This document shows, piece by piece, positions 12,780-27,525 of a DNA stretch of 64,000 nucleotides (position 1 is the stretch's first letter; every line of letters begins with the position of its first letter). The position numbers were made by a program, and so were the translations under genes. Origin of the DNA: the human T2T-CHM13v2.0 reference genome, Homo sapiens; the NCBI RefSeq assembly GCF_009914755.1, contig NC_060943.1; one strand, written 5' to 3'. Below the pieces are notes generated by a model, which made no database searches, was not told the origin of the DNA, and saw nothing but the letters and a program-made list of their open reading frames with translations.

Positions 12780-14810
12780 CTAAATAATATGACTTTTACC
12801 TTACGCAGAATATATCTTTGTTTCTAACACACATATAGGAACTTATATTAGTTAACAAAAACTCAATAAACTTAAAAAATTATAAACATGTTTCACACAT
12901 AATGTATTTACTTATTAAGTATAACTAAAGTAATAATGACAAATATTTTTAAAACAATAACAATTGTTAGGAAATTAAGCAATACTCTATGAAATACCTT
13001 TTTGCCAAATAAAAATTCAAAATTTTAATTACATATTTCTATTATATTTATAGAAAAGAAACAATGCAAAAGCTACATATCGAATCTCAAAAACAGTCAA
13101 AATTCCTCTCCGAGAAAAATTTAAAATATTACATACATACATTATTTAATAACATTGTTAATGAATTAAGCATTAACTCAAGGACATAGAAATATAACAA
13201 TAAAAACTTCACAGAAAATACAGAACCAAATCGATAGAATCAGGGTTTAAATACATTAGAAAAAGTAAATAAGTAAAATAAATTATATATATACTTATTC
13301 TGTGCATATATATACGTACACAAACACATGCAATATTTTAAAACTTTTTGTTTTTGGAAATGCTAAGGATTGCAAAAAAGAGGAAAAATACATGACCAGT
13401 ATAAATATTGGAGAAGATGAAACAAAATTATCATGATTTGCAGTTAACCACATTGTCTTTGTCTAAATGTTAAGACAACTGAACAATGATTCAAAGTAAC
13501 ATGAAATGTAATTAAAATAAATGTCAAGATTCTCTCTGAAGTTCAACAAAGTGATTTTAAAGTATATGAAGAAATCAATTCACCAAGAAAAAAAAGTTAT
13601 ATCCAGTAATGCAGAAAGTCTTGCCTATATACATTATAAAGCTACAATAACAAAATCAGTATGGTTTGGCCTTTTTTTTTGACAAGCCAATGGACCAGAA
13701 AAAAAAATTCAGAGGCATTCCTGGGTTTATGTCAAATGGAATTTAAAATCTGTAGTTAAAAATTATATGGCTCAATCAATGTGTTGAGACAATGACCAAC
13801 CACATGCAAAAAGAAATTTGATGACTAATTTATGTGAATAAAATGTTTAAATGTAAATTATAAAATTAAAAAATTTAGAAGCAAATGTGGGTGTATATAT
13901 CATTGACAGATAAAAGAATAAAGGGGGAAGCTGAGAAAACTTTAATTATAAAATGTGTAATACTTTGCCCAGTTTGCTCTTTCTACTTTAATTATAGTAA
14001 ATTTTAATCCTAATACAATTAAAATGCTTTCTATTGTAGCAAATATATAAATTAACTCATTTATGGTAGGTTTGTTGTCTTGCTTGGAAAATCCTATGTG
14101 TGTGTGTGTGCCTGTGTGTGTCTCTGTGTGTGTATGCATGTACATATTAAAAACAAATACCCCCTGAAAATCAGACTAACATAACGTTTAAGAGTATGGA
14201 TTCTGCCAGTGCGGCAGACTTAATTTCCAAGTATGTGTGACCTTAGGCAATTTAATTAATCTTTTTATGCTCAATTTACTTATCTGTAAAATAGAAATAA
14301 CATTTCCTAACTTATTGGTGTGTCCTGATAATTAAATTACTTGGAATATGTAAGGCACTTACAACAGTAGTTGGCAAATTTAAGCATTATATTTGTGCTA
14401 TTATAATTATTAAAATACTACTAATGAACATGAGAAGTTTCTTTAGAATTGAAAACGCACACTAACATTACTAAAATTATTTTACATTTATTTTGTTCAA
14501 ATAAATGCAATTTAAACATTAATGAATTCTTATTTTTAACCATAAAATGACAAAACCAAAACATTTCAACTGTCAGCAGGTTTTCAGAGAAATAAACACT
14601 GTATTAATTGGTTTCAAACTGATTTTATTTTTGTCTTATTCTTAATTGAAACTTAATTTCAAACATAGCAGTGCAACTTGGCAATACCTAATAAAATATT
14701 AACAATACATATACTTTTAATCCAACAATTCTTCACCAGTAATATATCCTATGGAAATTATACATGGACAAATGTTTAGCTGCAAGAATGATCTTTCCAG
14801 TGTTTAGAAA
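12780..14810 (+). mobile_element. Very old L1M (L1ME-like) ORF2, resuming at about 16715-16825
   Basis: A-rich decayed ORF2 phrases (acattataaagctacaataacaaaatcagtatggtttggc; tccaacaattc...atatcctatggaaat); 3' continuation after the antisense L1 insertion. Confidence 0.65.
14185..14412 (+). mobile_element. MIR
   Basis: tgtgtgaccttaggcaatttaattaatc...ctgtaaaatagaaataa...gtaaggcacttacaacagt. Confidence 0.75.
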
Positions 14811-14811
14811 A

Positions 14812-16712
14812 TTGGCATGATTTCTTTTTTAAATGTCTGATAGAATTCACAGGTAAAACCATCTGAGCCTGGTGCTTTATTTTCTGAAAGGTTGTTAATT
14901 ATTTATTCAATTACTTTAATAAATATGGGCCAATTCAGATTGTTGATTTCTCTTCTTGTGTGAGTTTTGGCAGACAGGCTTTTAAGAAATTGGTCCATTT
15001 CATCTAAGTTATCAAATTTGTGAGCATAGAGTTAATTCTAATGTTTATTTATTATCTTTCCAATATGTAAGGGATCAGTAGTGATGACTCCTCTTTCATT
15101 TCTGATATTAGTAATTTGTGTTTTCTCTTGCTCTTTCTCTGCCTCTCTCTGTCTGTCTTTTGGTTGCCCTAGCTACAGTTTTATTACTTCTAAAAATACG
15201 ATCAAAGTGTAACTTTTGAGTCTGTTGATTCTCTCTATTGATTTTCTATTTTCAGTGTTATTTATTTCTACTATAATTTTTATTATTTGTTTTCTTCTGC
15301 TTAATTTGGCTTTGATTTTGTTTTCTTTTTCTAGCTTCCTATGGTGGAAGCTTAGATAATTAATTTTAAATCCTTCTTCTTTTCTAATATGCACATTTAA
15401 TGCTATAAATTTCCCTGTAAGCACTGTTTCTGCTGCATCCCACAAATGTTGATAAGTTGTAGTTTCATTTTGTTCAAAATATGTCTTAATTTCTCTTAGT
15501 ATTTCTTTTATTCATGCTATTTAGAAATGTGCTGTTTAGTCTCTAGATATTTTAAGATTTTTCAGCTTCTTTCTGTTGATTTCTATTTTAACTTCATTAT
15601 GATCTGAGACCAGACATCATATTATTTCTATACTTTTAACTCTGTTAAGGTGAATTTTATGACCCAGAATGTGTTATATCTCAGTCACTGTCCCATAGGA
15701 ACTTGAGAAGAATGTGTACTCTGCTGTTGTTGGATGAAGTATTTTATAAATATCAGTTAGAGCCAGCTGATTGATGGTTCTGTTCAGTTTGACTATATTC
15801 TAACTGATGTTTTTGCCTTAGGAAACTAAATTACTGATAGAGGGGTGTTGAAGTCTCCAGCTATAATAGTAAATTTATCTATCAACTTTTGCCTCATGTA
15901 TTTTGGCCCTCTGTTATTACACACATACACATGAAGTTTGGAGAATTAACATTTTTATTATAAAGTGCCTCTCTTTATTCTTGATAATTTTCCTTGTGAA
16001 GTCTGTTTTATCTGAAATTAATTTAGTGTTTTATTTTTATTACTTCTAGTTTGGTATATTTTTCTCCATCTCTTCACTTTTGTGTCTTTATACTGAAAGT
16101 GAAGTTCTTGTAGACAATGTTTAGTTGGGTTTTGTTTTTATATCCACTCTGACATTCTCTGTCTTTTAATTGGTGTATTTAAACCATGCAAATTTAAAGT
16201 GATTATAGATACAGTTGGAGTAATAGCTACCATATTGTAACTATTTTCTATTTGTTGCCCTTGTTCTTTGTTTCTTTTCTTTCCTTATACTCTTTCTGGT
16301 TTGAATTGAGTATGTTATATGAGCCCATTTTCTCTTCTCTCTTAGAATATCAAGTATACTTCTTTTTACATTTTTAAGTGATTGCACTAGAATTTGCAAC
16401 ATACATTTACAACTAATCTAGGTCTACTTTCAAATAACATTATACCACTTCAAGTTTAGTACAGTACTGCATAACACAGTATTCCCATTCCTCACCAGCC
16501 CCTTACAACATTACTGTCATTCATTTTCCTTATATACAAGCTATAGACACTCAATATGTTGTTGGTATTATTATTTTGAACAAGTTGTTATCTCTTACAT
16601 CAATTAAGAATAAGGGAAATAAAATACTTTATTTTACCATTACTTATGCCTTTTCTAAAGCTCTTCCATTTTGTATGTAGATCCATGTTCCTGACCAATG
16701 CTCTTTTCTCTA
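14812..16712 (-). mobile_element. L1M fragment (inter-ORF and ORF2 endonuclease region), antisense
   Basis: ORF 15173-15445(-) MWDAAETVLTGKFIALNVHIRKEE is recognisable L1 ORF2p sequence. Confidence 0.85.
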
Positions 16713-18775
16713 AATTGATGTTGTTTACAAGAGTAAAATTTGGGAAACAGAATAAATATTCATCAGTAGGATAAAACCATGGTAAATTCATATAATGGAA
16801 AACTATTAAGCTGTTGAAAATAATTGCAAGCTTCCACACTTCACCTGTTCTCCACCTTCCCACTGGTAAATGAATCAGAGCTGAGGAAAGTTCACCAGGA
16901 AAAAAATTCCAGGCATCCTGTGAGCGTATTTCAGAGAGAATTAACCATCTCTACTTCCTCTTGTGCTTCTGAGAGTGTTTTCCACTGCTGCTGAGGTGAC
17001 AGAGGCTGTGAAGAAGGAGAACAGAGTGCCCAACAGCACGCAGCAGGACACAGAATGTAGACTGGCAGCCTTGAGTTGTGGGGGTGCTTAGAGTAGGAGC
17101 CCCCATTAAGGTTTGCAAAGTGCAGCTCTCACAACACGGGGTCAGGTGGCTGGAGAGGGGCTATTCCTTTGTCCTGTTAATTACTTGGGTTGTTTCTAGA
17201 GGCATTGGAATATGACTGATTTCCCCCACCAAGCGTTAACTTTGCCTACTCCTCATTCAGAAAACTAGGCTTTGTTGTTCTCCCAGCTTCAGGAAAGGGA
17301 GAAGTTTTTCCCAGAGGAAAAGAGGGGGAAAAAAAGTATCTTTCTTTCTCCATAATTTCAGCACAACCTAGACCCTTGGAAGAACTTCAGAATTCTAGGT
17401 ATGGGCAACATTTTAAAGAAAACTTCAGGACTCAAAGTTTCCTCTGGAGTGCAGGGAGAGAAGCAGAGAGATCAGTGTTCTCTGCAGGGGTTCCTTCGGC
17501 CTGTACCCTAAGCTGAACCTTAATAGGAGGAAAGCAACCCAGAAAAGTTCCTAGGAAATCTAAAGCAGTAGTACGTGGCACAGATTCCTTAACAACAGCC
17601 AGGAAAGGCAAGAAAGTCAGTGAAGGCAGCAAGGATTTAAGTAAGCTGGTGGAATTTCTAGACAGTGGTAAAGCCCAGGAGAAGCATGCATCTCAATCCC
17701 CATGTGCTTGAGGGCAGTGTGGATCTTAGGGATGGACCCCCTGTAGCAGTGGAATGGCCCAGTGACTCAGACTAGACACGGGGATAGGCACATTGGTGAA
17801 TGTCAGATGGTATTGAGTATCAGACACCCAGCCTTCACTCTATGAGCCCAGGCTATGCATAGCCCTAGAAGCAACCTGTGTGGAATAAGTGAAAGAAACC
17901 CCCAGTTTTTCTTAACTTAAATTTCTATAATTCTTATAAAATGGCTGCTCAAAATGGATGTTAATTGAGTCACAAAAAAAAAATTATATTTATTAAATTC
18001 TTGTGGTTTTAGACTAAGATTCCAATTTGATCATTTTAATGATAATTTTAGGCCCAAACTTTCCTGGGGTGATGATGTGAGGAGAAGGGAGAATAAAGAC
18101 AACTATTACCAAGTTGTTGGGTCTGAAAGTCCCATCTCACTAAGGGTTAAGGCAGACCATTTCTTACCCAAACTGAGGAAGCTGGCAGCCCTGATTGTAA
18201 ATAAGGAATTAATGAGTGCATCAAAGACAATGTTGAGATTGCATAAAAAATGAACAGTTCACACCTTATTTTTTCAAAGTTAACTTTTTTCAGCTTAAAA
18301 ACCTGATAAATGATTTCAATTAACAGTTACAGAAAAAGAAAATTATATTGCAAATTCATGCAAAATCTTCCTTCAAAATCACTTGCTTAATTACACAAAT
18401 CAATTCTTCAGACTGAAAATTTAGTTCTAAAATAGAAAGTAGGAATGTTTCAGAAGCAGTCACATGGGTAAGGTGAAAATCGCAGGGTGGTCGGCTCTGG
18501 CCTTTGTTTTATAGGGATGAAACATGATAAATATCACAGAAATCTAGTGTTTTATGACCCAAAGTTGCTCCATAAATAACTTAGAATAGTGTAGTACATT
18601 AGAGGTCTAAGGAAGTACTTCAGACCTGGTTCATTCTCCTCTTTGGGCGAAAGTAACAATAAACCCTTTAACTCTGAGACAGCCCCAGAATATGTTAGTT
18701 CTGGAGCAATTACGAGTTGCCAAGCAACTCAAACAGGCATGTGGATGCTCTGTTATGATCCAAAGAAATCTTTGT

Positions 18776-18875
18776 CATCATCATTATCTTCATCATCATT
18801 GCCATCATCACTGCCATTATTATCATTACCATCATCATTATCATCATCATTGCCATCGTCATCATCATCACCACC
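18776..18875. repeat. Imperfect (CAT)n microsatellite
   Basis: tcatcatcattatcttcatcatcattgccatcatc...caccacc. Confidence 0.9.
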
Positions 18876-19379
18876 TAAGAACCTTGCAATCATTTGGATG
18901 AACCTTGATGTGATAGAAAAGGTATTGGGGTTAGAAGGCCCAGATACTAAACTGACTCAGCCTGTAGCTGGTGGTTTAATTTTGGCAGGTTTCCCTGCTC
19001 TGGGCCTCCCTTTATGCATGTGTGGCTGAGGGGATGGTCTCGATAAGCACAGAGGACCCTTCTCAGCATTCTCTGTTATCCCATGCTTGCCCCTGCTTTC
19101 TTAGTTCATGAATCTTTAAGGTCTTTGAGGGCAAAGACCTTGTCTTGTTGACCACGATATCCCTCAGGGAGCTTGTCTGTGCTTGTCTTAGAGTATGTGA
19201 CTAATACTAATTGGCTAGTGTAAATTAGAGTTGAGTCTGTTTTGTTTTGTGGGGGATTGGTGGTGTGTGGAAGAGATGGAGAAAGACAGAAGAAGCAGTA
19301 AAATGTATTGACTGTTTAGAGATGTAAGTTTTTCTCACCCTCCCCTGATCACCAGGCAGGTAACATCCTGGGACCTTGG

Positions 19380-20170
19380 TCTCTAAACCCCGGAAAACAC
19401 ATTCATGTTATGCAGCATGTTTGCTTGTCTCATCCAATATGGTGTCATACTCCAAATTTAACATCTTTTGATCTATATCTACTTGAGTTCAAGGTGCTCT
19501 TGATTTTGAGAATTATGAATTATAAGGCCAAGCTATCAATCCCCACACACCCTACATACAATGTTGAAGTGGATAGTAAAATCACAATAAATGCTTCCTT
19601 TGAAAAGAGGGAATAATGGGAGGTATGTAGCAGCCAATGGTTTATGGGCATTCTGAAACCCTACTGTGCAAACAGGGAGAGCATTACTTGACTAGGTCAT
19701 GGTTCTGTTTTCTGAGAGTGGTTTCCCATTCATTGTTTTTCAAAGATCTTGACACCACTGTTTGAGATCCCATTTGTTTTCTATCATTCTCTTTGACTAC
19801 TTCTAGAAAAACTGGCCTGCCTTGGCAATGAGTTGCTTTTTCAGCCTGCTTCTTGACCTTAAGAAGTTTGGGGCCCAGGAGTGTCTTTATAATTCAAAAT
19901 AAATATCAGTTTTTTTTATTATATACTGGTGGCATTTTGCCAATTCAATTTCATTAAAAACCTCATGGACCTTCTATGTATCTAACTAGTTTTTACTCCA
20001 TGCTTCAGATTCCAAAACTAAAATAGCCTTTGAGAAAGACTTTTCTCTTTTAAGTTACTAGTTTGGGATTAGGCCTCCATGTTTTTCATCTTCTCTTTAG
20101 TCTATCTGAGAACATGTATATAACATTTACAAGGTAAGTGACACCTATGTTTAGTTTCTTGTACTCAGGG
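19380..20170 (-). mobile_element. MLT1-int (MaLR internal), 3' portion; element split by the L1 block
   Basis: ccccacacaccctacatacaatg...aataaatgcttcctttgaaaagaggg...cattctgaaaccc resembles MLT1H/J internal sequence. Confidence 0.6.
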
Positions 20171-21523
20171 CTCATTTTATTTTATTTACTTTAAAAATTA
20201 ATATACAGTAAAATTGACTTATGTTGCATCTACAGTTCTATGAATTAGAAAACATGTATAGATTTATATAACCACCATGAAGTCAGGAGGGAGAACATTC
20301 CATCACCTTAAGAAAGCCCTTTTATAATATTTCTTTATAGTTACATTTTTCCCAACTACTAACTTCTGATAACAACTGATCTATTTTTCAGCATTGTATT
20401 TTGCATTTTCATGAAAGTCACATAAATGGAGCCATACAACATGCAAGTTTTCAACACTAGATATACTCACTCAGCATAATGCCTTTGAGTTTTTGCTCTT
20501 ATCAACAGTCCTTTTGTTTGTGCAGATAAGTAGGATTCCAGTATATAAATGTACTGCTGTGTGTCTAACCATGAAACCACTGAAGGACATATAGGTTGTA
20601 TCTAGTTTGGGGCAATTATGAATAGAATTCCTCTAAACATTTGTGGACAAGTTTTAATGTGAACAAAAGTGCTTTAAAAACATTTATAAACATTTATAGG
20701 ATAAATGTCTGTGAGTGAGATTTCTGGGTCAGTGGATAAGTGTATGTTTGCCATTATACAAACAGAACACTCTTTTTTTATAATGCTTATGTAATTTTAT
20801 ATTTCTACCAGAAATGTATGAGTGTTCCAGTTGCTCTTCATCCTCACTAACACTTGGTATTGTCAGTATATATTTTTAAAATTTTTAACCAGTCGTACAT
20901 GTGCAGTGGTATTCATTTCAGCTTTAACTTGCATTTCTCTAATGGCTAGTGATGAAGGTAATTTTTTGTGGCTTATTTGTCACACATGTATAATCTTCAG
21001 TAAAATGTTTGTGTCTTTCATCATTTTCTCATTGGATTTTTTTTTCTGTTTCTTATTGGATTGTTTTCTATTTTATATGAACTCTGTATGAATTCCTTGT
21101 CAGCTATATTGTTTGCAAATATTTTTCCAAGCCTGTAGATATTTTCTCATCCTCTTAACAATGTCTTTCAGGAAGAAAATATTTTAAATTTTGACTAAGT
21201 GCAATTTATTGATTTATTTTTATTTGATGAATTGTTATAGGTGTCATGTCTAACAAGTGTTCACCAAAATCTTGGTCCTCAATATTTCCTTATATGTATC
21301 TTTTTTAAAAATTTATAATTTTACATTAAATCCATGATTGATTTTGAGTCAATTTTGGTAGATTTAGATCAAGGTGTGAGTTTTATATCAAGATTTACTT
21401 ATTTATGCATAGTGATATCTAATCTCTAGCATTATTTATCGATTCAATTGCTTTTATATCCTTGGTTGAATTTGAAAGTGGCTATTTCTTATTTTGCTAT
21501 TCTATTCACTAATCTATCTGTGA

Positions 21524-21877
<354 letters not shown>

Positions 21878-21917
21878 ATTTTATTCTTTTTCAGAATTAT
21901 TTTCGCTATTCCAGTTC

Positions 21918-22350
21918 ACATATATATATTTTTATATAGCATATATTTTATATAATAAATATAAAATTATTTTGGCTATTCTAGTTAATATATATTACAT
22001 ATTTACATGTAAATACAACATATTTCATAAACATAATATATACTTTGTATATAAATATAAATATATTATAAATAATTATATAAATCTGTAAGTATAAGAT
22101 ATAATTTATATTAAAATACAAATATATATAATTTATATATTATATATTATAAATTTATATATATTATATAGTATATTACATATTTATATGTTAAATAAAT
22201 AAAATATATATTTATGTATGATATATATCCATAATGCTTATATATAATATATATATGCATATATTTAAATATATAAATATATTATATACATAATTATATA
22301 TAATTTCTTACATATATAAGTTCATGTATATAAGATTCATATATATATGA
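21918..22350. repeat. (TA)-rich low-complexity tract
   Basis: About 430 bp of almost pure A/T, mostly tatata variants. Confidence 0.9.
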
Positions 22351-23479
22351 ATAATTTTGCCTGCATCTAGAAAACAATCTTGTTGGGATTTTGATAGGAA
22401 TTAGGTTAAACCAGTATATAAATTTAAATTTGGGAAGAATTGACAGCTTTGTTGTATTGAATTTTCTAATCCCTAAACACGCACTGTATCTCTTTAACTT
22501 AGATTGTCTTTCATTTTTTTCATTTACAATATGCAGCTTTTGGCATACATACATAGTTAGATTTGCACAAAAATATTACACCAATTGAGCAATTAAAAAT
22601 GATATTGTATTTTAAAATGTATTTCTACGTGTCAAAAATACAATCAATTTTTGTATGTTGATTCTATATTCTACATATTTTGTTGAAGTAACTTATACTT
22701 TCTAAAGTCATTTTTGTAGACTGTATTCTAGATCAAAGTAATTTAATGTCGACAACAATACCAACTCAGTTATTTCAGTTGTTAAATTAACTAAGTGTAA
22801 TGTCACAAATGGCAAAAACAGTTTAGACAATCGGTCAGAAAATAACCAAAGACCTCATACCCTTAATGGTCTGGATTTAATAATAACTACAAAGTGCTTA
22901 ATATGTAAGAGTAGGAAATAGCTAATTTCCCTCCAGATTCTTTATTATTTTCTATGTAGAAACTCATGTCATGTAGAAATAAGCACAGTTTTCTTTCTTT
23001 CCAATCTGTACGCTTATTATTTCCAATTCTTGCCTTATTGCTCTACCTAGATCTTCCAATATTATGTTGAATCAATTATTAAATATGGTTGTTGAATAGT
23101 AATGATAAGAGTGGATGGTATTAGTTTCCAATCTCAAGGGGAAAACATCAGTTTTTCACTATTAAATATTACATTAGCTGTAAGTAGCTTTTATAGATGC
23201 TCTTTATCAACATGAGCACATTTCCTTTTATTTCTAATTGACCAAGAGTGTATATAATGAGTGGGTGTTGAATTTTGTTAAATTAGTTTGTATCAGTTGA
23301 TAAAATCACGTGATTTATTTATTCTTTGACATGATAATATGGTAGATTATATTGACTGAGTTTTCAAATCATGAACCAACCTGGTATTCCTGAAATAAAC
23401 TTCACTGGGCAAGGTATGTAATTAACATGTGTTATGTATTTATTTTGGGGGGGCGCTATGTTTTTTGGTGTGTGTATGT

Positions 23480-26400
23480 ATATAATTGTTTATAATTCTT
23501 GTTAAATTGATCCTTTTGTCATTATGAAATATATTTTATGTCTATATTAATATAGGCAATCCATCTGTCTTCTGTTTACTGTTCGCATTGTTTATTTTTT
23601 ATCTTCTCTTCCAAAACTTGTTGTCTTTAAATGTAAACGGAGACTGTTGTAGACAGCATATGGCTTGATTGTTGTTTTCCTTTTAAAATTCATTCTGCCA
23701 ATATCTGCCATTTAATTGGATAATTTTATTCATTTACATTTAATATAATTACTTGTACGATAATATTTACATCTGTCATTTTGATGTTTGCTTTCTTTAT
23801 ATCTTGTCTTCGTTACTCAATTTTTCCCTTACTGACTTTTTGTGTTAAAATATTTTTTCATCTGTACCATTTTAATGCGTTCATCGTTTTTTTCTTATGT
23901 ATTTTTGAGTTATTTTCTTGGTGGGTTTCCTGAAGATGGTCAGTAACATTTAATTTTATAACAACCTACTTTGGATTAATACCAATTTAATTTCAGTAGT
24001 ACACAAAAACTCTGTTCCTATATAGCTCCATTTGTCTCTTCCTTTGTGCTATAATTATCACAAATTACATCTGTATACATTGTGTGCACATCAGCATAAA
24101 TTTACAATTATTGCTTTATGTAGCTCTCTTTTCAATTATATAGCAGAAAAAAGTTACAAAAATATTTGTACTATATTTTGTATTTAGCTATGTGATTACC
24201 TTTATCAGGGTTGTTTAATTCTTCAAATATATTCAACTTACTGCCTGGTGTTCTTTCATTTCATCTTAGACTCCTTGCCATATTTTTTATAGAGTAGGTC
24301 AGCTAATGATTAACTTTCTGCTTATCTGAGAATATCTTAATTTCTCCTTTATTTGTGAAGGATTTTAAAAAATATATATAGAAATCTGTTTTGATAGGGT
24401 TTTTTTTTTAGCATTTTGAATATGTCATTCTACTGCCTTTTGTCTCATGATTTCTGTTAAGAAATAAGATGTTAATCTTATTGAAGATCTCTTGCACATA
24501 AATTGCTTATCTCTTCCTGCTTTCAAGCTTCTTGTTGTCTTTGGCATTCAACAGTTATGATATTACTTGTGGATACCCTGAAGTTTATTTTTCTTGAAGT
24601 TTGTTAAGCTCTTTGAATGTGTAGACTAACGTTTTTCGTCATATTTAGGAAATCACCCCCCACAGTCTGAACTCTCATTATATGTATATTAGTATGCTTG
24701 GTGTTGTCCTACAGATCTCTGATGCTCTGTTCATTTTTCTTCATTCTTTTTATTCTTTCTCTTTCTCAAATTGGATACTGTCAATTGATCTATCTTCATG
24801 TTTGTTACATCTTTCTTTTGCCTTCTTAAATCTGCTGTTGAGTTTGTCTAGTAATTTTTTTCAGTTATTGTACTTTACAACTCCAGCAATCATATATACA
24901 TATGGATATAATTTCTATATATTTTATTATATATTTATTTAATTTGTTTAATGTTTAATTTACCTACTTTATTGTATATATAATTTCTATCTCTTTATTG
25001 ATATTCTATATTTGTTATGTAATGTCATGCTTTAGGTTTTTAAACTTAGTTTCCTTCAACTAACAAAACATATTTAAAATCACTGACAAAGTATTTGCTA
25101 GTAAGTACAATGTCCATACTTGCTCAGGTTCAGTTTCTATTTGTTGCTTTTTTTCTATGTATTAGGGACATTTTCTTGCTTCTCTACATGTCTTAAAATT
25201 TTTGTTGAAAATATTTTAAATATTATAATATGTCAACTCTGGAAATAAGCTTCTTCCTTTTTTCTCAGGGTTTACTTTATTTGCTGTTTGCTGTAATTGC
25301 TGTTTGTTTAGTGATTTTTCTAATCTACTGTTGTAAAGTCTGTATTATTTATTGTGTGTAGCCACTTAAGTCTTTCATTAGTTAGTTTAGTGGTCAGCTA
25401 ATAATTGGACAGCTATTTCCTTAAACACTTGAAAGCAATAATTCTCTTGGTTTTTGTTTAAGGTCTCTGTATGAACATTGAGGCATGCCTTCAACACTCA
25501 TCCAGACAGTTGACAATTATGCCTTTCTGCTTGTACAGAGCCTCAGGTCCAGCCAGAGGTGAGTGCTTAGGGCCTTCTCAAGTCTTCCTTTATTATACAC
25601 ATAGCCCTATGTATCTGCATGACTTTCTGGATTTCCAAGAATATGTCACAACTTTTCAAAGCTCCTACGGATGTATTATTACCCAGCTTTTCCTTTTAAG
25701 TTAGTCTATTGTTTTTCCAAACTGTCATCCATTTCCTTGGGCAGCCATAGTGTTAAAACATTTGCCTGTAAATGTTTTTGAGAAACTCCCTCTGGGATGA
25801 AATTTCTAGTATTGAGTATCAAGTTAGGTCAAATAAAGACAGGATGTTGTAGTAGGATCTTACAGGGAACTATCAGACAAGTCAAATTCTGACAATCCTT
25901 TGACCATTTGTTCCCTTTGGTACTAGAAATGGAAGCTATTGTTTTTCAAGGCTACTTCTTTGCTGAGGACTGGGGGATAGAACTAGAATAACTTAAAACA
26001 TCATAAAATTTGCTGTTAAACTAAGAGTCAACCACTTTTCTTCTATAAACACTTTGTGATTATTGAAAGCCTTTAATTAATTTCCAAAGTTCCATAAAAG
26101 CTGATCCTGATCATATATTTTGCCAGTTCCTTTTCTTTGGTTTTATGTAGGGGCAAAAAATTTACAGAAGTCCTTACTGCACCACTTTTACTGACATCAC
26201 CCATTTCTATCAATTTGTGCTTCACACATTTTGTAGCTCTGTTGTTTATTTATCTACAAGGTTAGTATTCCTATTAATTTTTGATAGAGGGACACTTTTG
26301 CCATTATTTAATATTGCTTTCTGCCACTGGAAATATTCTTTCCTCAAAATCTACTCTATATATTAATGTAACCACTCCTTTAATTTTCTCTTCATTTCTA

Positions 26401-26790
26401 AAGGATATTTTCTCTGGATATAGAATTCTTGGTTGCAAATTATTTTATTTTAGCACTTGAAAAATATTGTGCCACTTTCTCTGGCCTCCCTGATTTCTGA
26501 TGAGAAATCTGATGTTATTTGAATTTTTTTTCCTCCATAGATAATACATTGTTTCCCTCTATCTGATTTTGAGATTTTAACTCTGCTTAGTTTTTAGATG
26601 GTTAATGTGTTTTGGCATGAATTTTTTTTTGTTTGTTTTGTTTGGGTTTGCTTCACTTCTGGAATCTGAAGCTTTATGCTTATTGTCAAATCTGAGAAAT
26701 TTTCAGCTACTATTTCTCCTAGTACTTTTTAAGCACTTACTTCTTTTTCTAGTCCTTCTTGGACTCTAATATTAGACACAAATATTGAAT
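23480..26790 (-). mobile_element. L1M4-like fragments (5' region, ORF1, inter-ORF), antisense
   Basis: Antisense ORF1-type phrases (ctgcttatctgagaatatcttaatttctcc; aaggatattttctctggatatagaattcttggttg); probably two or more fragments. Confidence 0.7.
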
Positions 26791-26799
26791 CTGTTGTTA

Positions 26800-27475
26800 C
26801 AGTTTTCATAATGCAAGTTGCCATTTTTCTACCTCCTATAATCAATTATAAACTATTTTTTCTGCTTTTGTTAAAGGGTTCCTCACTTTTTTTCTAGAGC
26901 TCACATTTCATCCAGCCCCAAAGCCAATGCTACATATTTCAGGGTTTTGTTATGACACTTGCTTTTACATACCAATTTCTATATGTGTTCCCTCTTAAGG
27001 CATAACCATTCTAAAATTAAAGACTTAAAATCACAACCATTTATAACTTTTCATAAGTCTAAAGGTAAGCTGGGTCATTTTGTTTACTGGCTCTGCTAAT
27101 GTATCTATGGCTAGCTACTAGACAAACCAGAGAGTGCCTGGTATAGAGTAGCATCTACAAAAGAGGCTGGCTGACTTGGCTCTGTTCTATATGTTCTTTT
27201 ATCCTCTATCAATATAGCTTTCTTTTGTTTCATTAGTGGTGGCAGAGTTCCAAAAATTGCTAAAATCACACAGTCTTTGTGAGGTTTCGTCTTGGCACTC
27301 ACACACTCTCCCATCTTCTGCATTTCATTGGCTAAAGAGATTCACAAAACTAGTTCACATTCAAGGGGTAGGAAAATAGACTCCATCTCTTCGTGGGAGA
27401 ACCTACAAAAATCACTTTTCAAAAAGAGCAGATATAGTGAGAAAAAAGTAAGTCCACTTTCACAATGAACCTACA
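26800..27475 (-). mobile_element. MLT1-int 5' end plus 5' LTR (MLT1H/J-like; LTR about 26980-27475)
   Basis: ccaaagccaatgctacatatttcaggg...taccaatttc internal/LTR junction, then an LTR with tcattggctaaag...ttcaaggggtaggaaaatagactccatctc. Confidence 0.7.
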
Positions 27476-27496
27476 TTATCAATAACAGTTTGGCCA

Positions 27497-27525
27497 AAAC
27501 AACAACAACAACAACAACAACAAAC
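27497..27525. repeat. (CAA)n microsatellite
   Basis: aaaacaacaacaacaacaacaacaacaaac. Confidence 0.9.

Noticed and set aside
15173-15445. L1 ORF2p-like ORFs as genes (also 5566, 22294, 32497)
   Set aside because: Short open stretches of decayed L1 copies surrounded by stops and frameshifts.
16830-18030. Possible ancient LTR (similar uncertainty at 9340-9820)
   Set aside because: Composition is suggestive, but I cannot identify termini, TSD or family reliably.
18643-19029. Poly-Ser and poly-His ORFs
   Set aside because: Translations of the (CAT)n repeat; no gene context.
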